DNA of 32,000 bases from Pseudoalteromonas tetraodonis (GTDB lineage Bacteria > Pseudomonadota > Gammaproteobacteria > Enterobacterales > Alteromonadaceae): the NCBI RefSeq assembly GCF_002310835.1, contig NZ_CP011041.1, forward strand, positions 360,001 to 392,000. The letters run 5' to 3'. Under the pieces are notes generated by a model. It had not been told where the DNA came from, made no database searches, and was given only the letters and a program-made list of their open reading frames with translations. Both the position numbers and the translations under genes were made by a program. Positions within the stretch are counted from its first letter, which is position 1; each line of letters begins with the position of its first letter. Shown in pieces: positions 9,859 through 17,290 of the stretch.

Positions 9859-10541
9859 ACATCACCCTGTAAACTTACTAAGTCGATTGTGCGGCTAAAG
9901 AGTGGCTTTAATGTTTCATCGTGACTGACAAAAACAAGCGTGCTGTTACTTTTTTTTGCTTGTTCAAATAGCAGCTTAATAAAGCTTTCACGATTTTGGG
10001 TATCAAGTGCTGAAGTAGGCTCATCGGCAATAATAAGTTCAGGGCTGCCTATAAATGCGCGTGCTGCAGCAACACGCTGTTGTTGCCCAATACTTAAAGT
10101 GGCAACATTTTGATTATGAAAGTGCGCCTCTAACCCCAGTGCATTGAGTAATCTGGCTGCTTCACTCTCTAAATTATCGGCTTGGCTGAGCATGTGTTGC
10201 TGACGCTTTTTCGAAAATTGGCACCCTAAACACACGTTTTCTAATGGGGTTAAATAAGGTAGTAAATTAAAGTTTTGGAAAATATAGCCAATATGATCCG
10301 CTCTAAATGCATCGCGCTGTGCGTTGGTGAGCGCACTTAGGTTTTGGTTTAAAACACAAAGTTGGCCGCTAGTGGTTACATTAATGCCTGCCAGTAGCGC
10401 TAGTAAGGTAGATTTACCACTACCGCTTGGACCATGTAAAAAAACATGTTCCCCAGCATTAATCGTAAGCTGCTTAATAGCGAGAGTCGGGGTGACTGCG
10501 CTTTTTTGCCATTTGAAAGAGACATTCTCAAGGTTGATCAT
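9855..10541 (-). CDS. ABC transporter ATP-binding protein (LolD/MacB/FtsE-like)
   Basis: Walker A GPSGSGKST, Q-loop IFQNFNLLP, signature LSIGQQQRV (variant of LSGGQ), Walker B LIIADEPTSALD, H-loop FVSHD. Confidence 0.9.
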   Translation of the reverse strand: MINLENVSFKWQKSAVTPTLAIKQLTINAGEHVFLHGPSGSGKSTLLALLAGINVTTSGQLCVLNQNLSALTNAQRDAFRADHIGYIFQNFNLLPYLTPLENVCLGCQFSKKRQQHMLSQADNLESEAARLLNALGLEAHFHNQNVATLSIGQQQRVAAARAFIGSPELIIADEPTSALDTQNRESFIKLLFEQAKKSNSTLVFVSHDETLKPLFSRTIDLVSLQGDV

Positions 10542-10547
10542 AACGGC

Positions 10548-11621
10548 TTACCAACTCCAATAGTTAAGTCTTTTGCGCATTTTAAATTGTCTAATAAAAT
10601 TAAGCGGTTTTGCTTTGAGCTTTTCATCACTATGCAACAGTTCATTGGTTGCGCAAAGTACTCGTTGGCTTGATTTACCATCTGTGTATGGGTGTAACTC
10701 TTGGCAAAAAGCTTCAATATTATCTACAAGTTCTTTTGGGTAAGTTAGTGCGTAGTCTATTGCGGCTTCAACGTTATTTTTATCCGTAATATCAAGTAAG
10801 TGTTTTTCAGGTGCTTTATTGCAAAACGTTACAACTGGTTTTCGTTGTACCAAAAACATCAGTAATATGGATGAAGTGTCGCACAGCATTACATCAGCAG
10901 ATTGTAATAAAGGAATAACATTGTCTGTTTCAACAAAGGTTAGATTGTCATTACTTAACGCTTTGTATTTATCAACCCACTCTTGTGCCATTTTAGGATG
11001 AAACTGAACTAAGAGTCGCCATTTACCGCTTTCACTAAAGTGTTTTATTTGTTCATAAAGTTTAGGTGCAAGAGATAAGCGTTTTGAGAATGTAGAGCAG
11101 ATCAATACTGTTGGGCGAGAGTCTGTTTCATCAATGTGGCTAGGCTTTGAGTTACCGTTAAAAAATTGATCTAGGGGAGGCCAACCTGTTTCTACTACCT
11201 TAAAATAACCCAATTTTTTTTGTAACGCCGTAAATGGAGCCGTTGTATTTGGGCCTTGTGTACAATATAAATCAAAGCAGCCCCGCACTTTAAAGTGATC
11301 GTTTTGGCCTTTTTTATTTAGCTTTCCAGCATCAAAGCCGTGAAAAACAGCCACTTTCTTTCCGGGAAAAAATGTAGGGATAGAGTTCGCTGGTGCAAAG
11401 GTTGCGTCAGGCGCCCATTGATTTATTTCATGAATAGAATTTAGTGTTTTTTCATCACTTTTCAAAAAGTCAGGATTAACATTATCACCTTCTAAAAACC
11501 ATTTAACCTCCCCTCCTTGAGCTAATATTTCTGCTTGCAAAGGCCTTAAAATAGCATAGGAATAATTTTGAGAAATATACATTAAATATTTCTTATTCTT
11601 AGTGGCAGTTAAATAGTTCAA
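10548..11621 (-). CDS. TagB/TagF-like CDP-glycerol glycerophosphotransferase family protein
   Basis: The C-terminal half resembles Glyphos_transf motifs: PTVLICSTFS, QFHPKM, LLQSADVMLCDTSSILLMFLVQRKPVV. The TTG start at 11621 is preceded by AAGGAG-N5. The stop is 6 nt from the ABC ATPase start. Family call from remembered motifs only. Confidence 0.6.
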   Translation of the reverse strand: MNYLTATKNKKYLMYISQNYSYAILRPLQAEILAQGGEVKWFLEGDNVNPDFLKSDEKTLNSIHEINQWAPDATFAPANSIPTFFPGKKVAVFHGFDAGKLNKKGQNDHFKVRGCFDLYCTQGPNTTAPFTALQKKLGYFKVVETGWPPLDQFFNGNSKPSHIDETDSRPTVLICSTFSKRLSLAPKLYEQIKHFSESGKWRLLVQFHPKMAQEWVDKYKALSNDNLTFVETDNVIPLLQSADVMLCDTSSILLMFLVQRKPVVTFCNKAPEKHLLDITDKNNVEAAIDYALTYPKELVDNIEAFCQELHPYTDGKSSQRVLCATNELLHSDEKLKAKPLNFIRQFKMRKRLNYWSW

Positions 11622-11799
11622 GCTAGCTCCTTAGGGCAAGTAATCATGCAAGTTTACCCCAATGCGCCAGCTAGATAAATATACTGAGATGATTTGTTTT
11701 TAGCCTAAGATTGAGCTTTGTGGTTGGCTAGATTATTATAGAGCGCCTAACCCCAATTCCATACTTTGCTCTTTGAGCATGCCAAACCCCGGAGATAGC

Positions 11800-12903
11800 A
11801 TGACTAGCTATAAAGTTTTAGACGTAAACGATGACTTACCCATTCGTACCAAAGGTAAAGTACATAGTGGCAAAGTGCGTTCAGTTTATTGGTTAACCGA
11901 TGCAGATAGCAAACGCTTAATAAATGAAAAAGGCTATAACGTTCCTGCCGATACTGAATTAGCCATTATGGTTATTTCAGACAGAATTTCTGCTTTTGAT
12001 TGCATATGGCAAGGTGAAAATGGCCTAAATGGCATTCCTGGTAAAGGGATTGCATTAAACTCAGTGGCTGCTCATTGGTTTAACGTGTTTAATGAAGCCG
12101 GTTTGGCGGGTAATCATATTGTTGATATTCCTCATCCATACGTATGGATTGTTCGTAAAGCCAGTACAGTTAAAGTTGAAGCGATTGCTCGTCAATATAT
12201 TACCGGCAGTATGTGGCGCGACTACGCCAAAGGCGAAAGACACTTTTGTGGTTTGCAACTTCCCGAAGGCTTAAAAGCGAATCAAAAGCTTGAGCAAGTA
12301 CTTATAACTCCCTCTACTAAAGGTATTATAGAAGGGGTTGCTGATATTCCTGCCGTTGATGATGTAAACATCACTCGTGAAAATATTACAAACAACTTAG
12401 ATGTTTTCAATTTTAAATCGGCTGACGATGTCACCAAATACGAAAAATTATTGGTTGAAGGGTTCGAGTTAATCAGTAGTGAGTTAGCTAAGCTCGGGCA
12501 AATTTTTGTTGATACCAAATTTGAATTTGGTTACGTAGAAGATTTAAATGGTGCGCAGCAACTTATTTATATTGATGAAGTAGGGACACCCGATTCATCG
12601 CGTATTTGGGATGAAGCATGTTATAGAGATGGCAAGATTGTTGAAAACTCAAAAGAAGGTTTTCGTCAGCTGTTAATTAATAACGTACCAGAGAGTGATG
12701 TGTTATTAAATAAAGACCGTATGGCTGAGCGTGAGCAGTTAGCAAAAGATTATATTTTACCTGAATCAGTGATGCTTGAAGTGTCTGACACTTATGTGGG
12801 CATCGCTAGCAAAATTATTGGTAAAGAGATTATTATACCTAATGATCCGCGCCAAGAAGTGATTGCTATTTTAGATGCTGATTACGGTTTAATCGTTAAA
12901 TAA
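11800..12903 (+). CDS. purC: Phosphoribosylaminoimidazole-succinocarboxamide (SAICAR) synthase, long Vibrio-type form (367 aa)
   Basis: Start moved to the ATG at 11800 (GGAG-N5-ATG). The N-terminus [32 protein letters not shown] matches long-form PurC. The SAICAR synthase core includes ISDRISAFD and [14 protein letters not shown]. Confidence 0.92.
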   Translation: MTSYKVLDVNDDLPIRTKGKVHSGKVRSVYWLTDADSKRLINEKGYNVPADTELAIMVISDRISAFDCIWQGENGLNGIPGKGIALNSVAAHWFNVFNEAGLAGNHIVDIPHPYVWIVRKASTVKVEAIARQYITGSMWRDYAKGERHFCGLQLPEGLKANQKLEQVLITPSTKGIIEGVADIPAVDDVNITRENITNNLDVFNFKSADDVTKYEKLLVEGFELISSELAKLGQIFVDTKFEFGYVEDLNGAQQLIYIDEVGTPDSSRIWDEACYRDGKIVENSKEGFRQLLINNVPESDVLLNKDRMAEREQLAKDYILPESVMLEVSDTYVGIASKIIGKEIIIPNDPRQEVIAILDADYGLIVK

Positions 12904-13040
12904 CGTAGTAAGTAGACAGATATAGCAAAGCTCATTTTAACTAATGAAAAAGTATTTATTTTAAGTAACTGAGCTATAATTCTTGCAATTAGTGCTCGTC
13001 TCTAATTAACTTAACCTATGGTGAATTTTTGGGTGTGGTT

Positions 13041-13706
13041 ATGTTAGAGCGAGCATGGCAAGTTATTGCAAAACGTCGTTATTTATTAGTACTGGGTGTA
13101 TTGTTTAGTGTATCGGCTTTTGGTAATACCATTAATTTGGTTATTAAAGATCAGCATGACCAAGTATTGCCTAATGCTGTCGTAGAAATAAATCATTTAC
13201 CTTCTTCAAAAACTTCAGGCAATTTACCCACAGCGGTAATGGATCAAGTTGATAAACAGTTTTCTCCAGAGTTGCTTATTGTGCACCAAGGTCAGTACGT
13301 CGACTTTCCAAATAGCGATAATATTCGCCACCATGTTTATTCTTTTTCAAAAGCTAAACCTTTTCAATTAAAGCTCTATTCTGGCCAGCCAGAAGAACCT
13401 ATTAAGTTTGATAATCAAGGTGTTGTTGTTCTAGGCTGCAATATTCATGACTCCATGGTGGGCTATATATATGTCGCTAACAGTAGTCATGTGTATACCA
13501 GTAACGAGCAAGGCCAGGTAAAGCTGCAAGTAGACACTTTTCCTGTGCAAGCCAGTGTTTGGCATTCACTGCAAACAGCTCCCTTGGATAATAAAAAACA
13601 GTTTAATATAGAATCAACCAGCCCGTTATCAATAACTATAAATACATCTACCCCTGCACCACGTAATACCTTTGGCAGTCAATTTAGGGAAGGCAATGGC
13701 CAATAA
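13041..13706 (+). CDS. Periplasmic cupredoxin-like protein with an amicyanin-type Cu-ligand loop (family often annotated 'methylamine utilization protein')
   Basis: The ATG at 13041 gives a signal peptide (MLERAWQVIAKRRYLLVLGVLFSVSAFG). The candidate T1Cu ligands are NIRHHVYSF, followed ~35 aa later by GCNIHDSM (C-x2-H-x2-M). Confidence 0.7.
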   Translation: MLERAWQVIAKRRYLLVLGVLFSVSAFGNTINLVIKDQHDQVLPNAVVEINHLPSSKTSGNLPTAVMDQVDKQFSPELLIVHQGQYVDFPNSDNIRHHVYSFSKAKPFQLKLYSGQPEEPIKFDNQGVVVLGCNIHDSMVGYIYVANSSHVYTSNEQGQVKLQVDTFPVQASVWHSLQTAPLDNKKQFNIESTSPLSITINTSTPAPRNTFGSQFREGNGQ

Positions 13707-16011
13707 TTTACGCAGTCGTATTACAACGCTTTGCGTTGGCTTGGTATTACTCACTACCTTGGTTAGTTTACTGAGCTTTTGGTGGTCTACCAGTAAATTT
13801 CAGGCAGAAAAAGTGCAACAAAATATAACGGTTGCGCAAAGCGTTTATAAACAATATTTAAAATCAAAAGAGAGCTTATTATTAACAGCCGCAAAGGTGT
13901 TAACCGCTGATTTTGGTTTTAAGCAAGCGGTTGCAACTCGTGATGCCGCCACTATTAGCAGTGTGTTATACAACCACAGTCAACGGATCAATGCGGATCT
14001 TATGCTGTTGCTCGATTTATCAGGGCGGTTAGTATCAGCTAATGTTAATGCACAAAATTTTGCCGATAATCTACAGCCCTTAATGGATGAGTTATTAAAT
14101 AACTCTGAGCAATCGAGCTTTGTGGTGTTAAATAACCAGCTGTACCAAGTGATTTTATTGCCCGTTAAAACTCCCAGAACCATAGCTTACAGTTTGGTCG
14201 GATTTAAAATAACATCTGCAGTGGCCACTGAACTAAAAAGCTTAACCGGAATGGAGGTTAGTTTTGTTGCGCAATTAGATGATTTTGCAACAAGCTCGCT
14301 AGTATCCCAACCAGATAACTTTCAACCAATAGCGTACTTTACCAATAAAACTACGGCTCGTTTTTTTGCCGAATACTTGGCCTATGAAAACGAACAAATA
14401 GCTTTACCCTCTTTACAATCGCATCCGATAACCTTACTGCTTAGCGCAGATTTAACCTCGAGTTATCGCGATATTGAGCAATTATTATTAACGCTGATCA
14501 CACTCGCTGTTTTAACTATGTTATTTGGTGTGATCACCAGTAGTTTGTTAGCAAATAATTTAACGACAGGACTTTCACAGTTAGCGGTTATTGCCAGACA
14601 GTTTGCAAAAGGCGACTACCGCTTTAAATTTGAAGGTAAAAAGCAAAGCAGTGAAATAGAAACGCTCGTGAATGCTTTTAATAACATGGGTAATGATATT
14701 AATAAGCGTGAGCAGCAAATAAGTTTTCAAGCACATCACGATACTTTAACAGGGTTTTATAACCGTTCTGCTATGTTAGATTTATTAGCTAAGCGGCTCA
14801 CTAATGATGCGCGGTACACGCTTGTTGCTATTGATATAAAAGGCTTAAGGCATATAAACGATAAGCTTGGTCCGCAAGTAGGGGATGGATGTTTAATTGC
14901 AGTGGCAAACCGTATTCGTCAATTTTCTGATGAGCTAGGTGGTTTTCATGCCCGTATTGGTGGCGATGAATTTTTAACGGTTTACCCTTGTGCAGAGGTT
15001 GAGCAGGTAAAATGTGCAGTGGCTGATTTACTCAAGCAATTACAGCTAGCTTACAAGGTTAAAAATTTAAAAATAAGCTTACGTTTTAATGCTGGTATTG
15101 TGCAATACCCAGAGCAAGGGACTAAAGCAGACGATTTAATGCGACGTGTACTCATTGCTGTAGATGCAGCTACAACGAGTCAGCAAAGCTTACATTATTA
15201 TCAAGACGGTGAAGATGAGGCGCATTTAGACCGTTTAATTATGCTTGATGAACTCAAACAAGCAATTGATGATGATAATGGACAATTATTTATGACCTAT
15301 CAGCCTAAATTGAATATTAAAAGCCAGAAAATTGATAAGGTAGAGTCTCTTATTCGTTGGCAACGAAAAGATGGTGGCTGGGTCTCGCCTGAGGTCTTTA
15401 TTGATTTAGCCGAGCAGTCAGGGTTAATAGTAGAGCTGACCGCTTGGGTTGTCGAGACTGTGATTGCACAAATAGCCGATTGGTCAAAAAAGGATATTCA
15501 TTTACAAGCCGCTATTAATGTTTCTGCCCAAGATATTGCTCATTCAGGTTTTCACGCTTCGTTGGTAGCCACCTTAAATAAATACCAAGTAAACCCAAGC
15601 TCTGTCACTATTGAACTGACGGAGCGCGATATGATTGAAAATGAAGCCCAAGGTATTAAAGCGTTAGAAGATTTAAAAACTATTGGCGTTAAAATCTCAT
15701 TAGACGATTACGGTGTCGGACAAACATCATTGGGGCGCTTAAAAATGTTACCTATTGATGAGCTTAAGTTAGATAAATGCTTTATTTTAACCCTGCACGA
15801 ATCACAAAAAGATCAATACATAGTGCGCTCTTCAATCACACTGGGTCACCAATTGGGGTTTTCTGTTGTGGCTGAAGGGGTAGAAACCGCTGAGTCTTTA
15901 TCAATGCTTCACGAAATGCAATGCGATCATGCGCAAGGTTACTATTTAAGTCGCCCTTTAAAAGCGCAGCAATTAGAACAATGGTTAGAGGAATATCAGC
16001 GTGTACATTAA
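13696..16011 (+). CDS. Membrane-bound GGDEF-EAL protein (diguanylate cyclase/phosphodiesterase) with a large periplasmic sensor domain and a HAMP-like linker
   Basis: The ATG at 13696 is preceded by AGGGAAGG and overlaps the upstream gene by 11 nt. Two TMs flank a ~230-aa periplasmic region. GGDEF motif RIGGDEF at 14953-14973. EAL-domain motifs ESLIRW (15343-15351), ELTE, DDYGVGQTSL, KLDKCF, AEGVET, QGYYLSRP. Confidence 0.9.
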   Translation: MANNLRSRITTLCVGLVLLTTLVSLLSFWWSTSKFQAEKVQQNITVAQSVYKQYLKSKESLLLTAAKVLTADFGFKQAVATRDAATISSVLYNHSQRINADLMLLLDLSGRLVSANVNAQNFADNLQPLMDELLNNSEQSSFVVLNNQLYQVILLPVKTPRTIAYSLVGFKITSAVATELKSLTGMEVSFVAQLDDFATSSLVSQPDNFQPIAYFTNKTTARFFAEYLAYENEQIALPSLQSHPITLLLSADLTSSYRDIEQLLLTLITLAVLTMLFGVITSSLLANNLTTGLSQLAVIARQFAKGDYRFKFEGKKQSSEIETLVNAFNNMGNDINKREQQISFQAHHDTLTGFYNRSAMLDLLAKRLTNDARYTLVAIDIKGLRHINDKLGPQVGDGCLIAVANRIRQFSDELGGFHARIGGDEFLTVYPCAEVEQVKCAVADLLKQLQLAYKVKNLKISLRFNAGIVQYPEQGTKADDLMRRVLIAVDAATTSQQSLHYYQDGEDEAHLDRLIMLDELKQAIDDDNGQLFMTYQPKLNIKSQKIDKVESLIRWQRKDGGWVSPEVFIDLAEQSGLIVELTAWVVETVIAQIADWSKKDIHLQAAINVSAQDIAHSGFHASLVATLNKYQVNPSSVTIELTERDMIENEAQGIKALEDLKTIGVKISLDDYGVGQTSLGRLKMLPIDELKLDKCFILTLHESQKDQYIVRSSITLGHQLGFSVVAEGVETAESLSMLHEMQCDHAQGYYLSRPLKAQQLEQWLEEYQRVH

Positions 16012-16831
16012 GTTATTATTCGCCTTGGCACTCTCATTTTGTAGTGCGTTAAGTATGGCTGCTACGGGGAAATTATTAGCAACACCTGGGGTGTCTCAAA
16101 TTGAAGGCAGTGCAGGGGGCGGATTAGTTCCTTGGGCACAATTAGCAGGATATGCCAGTGAAGACGAATGGGCTGTTAATGGTTTTTGTAGTCGTGCTGA
16201 TGTTACTGACTACCGTCTTGATGCCTGCGGCATGCAACTAAACCTATTCAATCGTGTTGAGCTCAGTTATGCAGTGCAGCAGTTTGATGTGCCTGCACTC
16301 AATACCGAAATAGAGCAGTCAATTTCTGGGGCTAAAATTCGTTTATATGGTGATGTAGTTTACAGTCAGTGGCCACAACTAAGCATGGGTTTACAGCATA
16401 AATCACTAGAGGATGGCACAGTAGCAAAGTTAGTTGGCGCAAAAAATACCAGTGGTACAGATGTGTACCTAGCCGCCAGTAAATTACATTTGGGCGCACT
16501 TGCTGGGTACAACTGGTTTTGGAATGTGACCACCCGCTACAGTAAAGCCAATCAGCTAGGACTGTTAGGATATGGCGGGGCTAATGAGGGCAGCCATATT
16601 TTGCTAGAAGCAAGTAGTGCAGTTTTTGTAAGTCGTGAACTTGCCATTGGTGTTGAATATCGACAAAAAGCCAACAACTTGGGGTTAGGCGAACAAGATT
16701 GGCGTGATTTATTTATAGCGTGGATACCAAATAAGCATATGAGTGTGACTGCGGCCTATTTAGATTTAGGGCGGATTGCTGGTGTTGATAATCAAACTGG
16801 CTGGTATTTATCGGTTACGGGGTATTGGTAA
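16001..16831 (+). CDS. DUF3034-family protein, probable outer-membrane beta-barrel
   Basis: GTG start at 16001, with GAGG 9-10 nt upstream and an 11-nt overlap with the upstream gene. Signal peptide MYIKLLFALALSFCSALSMA. Alternating-hydrophobicity segments and a C-terminal aromatic (SVTGYW) fit a barrel. The DUF3034 name is from memory of similar sequences. Confidence 0.6.
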   Translation: MYIKLLFALALSFCSALSMAATGKLLATPGVSQIEGSAGGGLVPWAQLAGYASEDEWAVNGFCSRADVTDYRLDACGMQLNLFNRVELSYAVQQFDVPALNTEIEQSISGAKIRLYGDVVYSQWPQLSMGLQHKSLEDGTVAKLVGAKNTSGTDVYLAASKLHLGALAGYNWFWNVTTRYSKANQLGLLGYGGANEGSHILLEASSAVFVSRELAIGVEYRQKANNLGLGEQDWRDLFIAWIPNKHMSVTAAYLDLGRIAGVDNQTGWYLSVTGYW

Positions 16832-17250
16832 TGAAACTAAGTGTATTTATTTTTTGTTGTTTAAACTTACTTGCAGGGTGTACAACCCAACCCAACACCT
16901 CTTTGTATCACCAGCTTGGCGAACAAGCTGGGCTTGAGAAACTAACTGATAGTTTTATTACACAAATAGGTAATGACAAACAAGTGTTTCATTACTTTGA
17001 GCACAGTAATATCAGTCATTTTCGACAAGGGTTTATTAGCCATTTATGTTCGCTGGTGGAGGGCCCTTGTGAATATAAAGGTGACTCTATGGTTGCTATT
17101 CATACTGGCATGAATATAAACGAAAAAGACTTCAATCACGTTGTCGATTTATTAATAAATGCAATGAACGAGCAAAATATCCCACATACAGTGCAAAATA
17201 AAATTTTAGCTAAAATGGCGCCATTGCGTGGCGAAATTATTAAGATTTAA
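16831..17250 (+). CDS. Group-1-like truncated (2/2) haemoglobin with a lipoprotein signal peptide
   Basis: The ATG at 16831 shares 1 nt with the upstream stop (TAATG). MKLSVFIFCCLNLLAGC has lipobox LAGC followed by Thr at +2. The bacterial-globin core is LYHQLGEQAGLEKLTDSFI...FHYF...GPCEYKGDSMVAIHTGMNI (candidate proximal His)...DFNHVVDLL...MAPLRGEI. Confidence 0.75.
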   Translation: MKLSVFIFCCLNLLAGCTTQPNTSLYHQLGEQAGLEKLTDSFITQIGNDKQVFHYFEHSNISHFRQGFISHLCSLVEGPCEYKGDSMVAIHTGMNINEKDFNHVVDLLINAMNEQNIPHTVQNKILAKMAPLRGEIIKI

Positions 17251-17290
17251 TTTTATAATCAAATGCATACATTTAAAAATATGCTTGGTA

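Noticed and set aside
11646-11660. PurR box upstream of purC (ATGCAAGTTTACCCC)
   Set aside because: It resembles only one half of the ACGCAAACGTTTGCGT-type palindrome. The dyad is not present.
10542-11799. Zur box upstream of the ABC/DUF3299 cluster
   Set aside because: I scanned both candidate promoter regions by eye for TGTTAT..ATAACA-type palindromes and found none. Zinc regulation therefore remains a hypothesis only.
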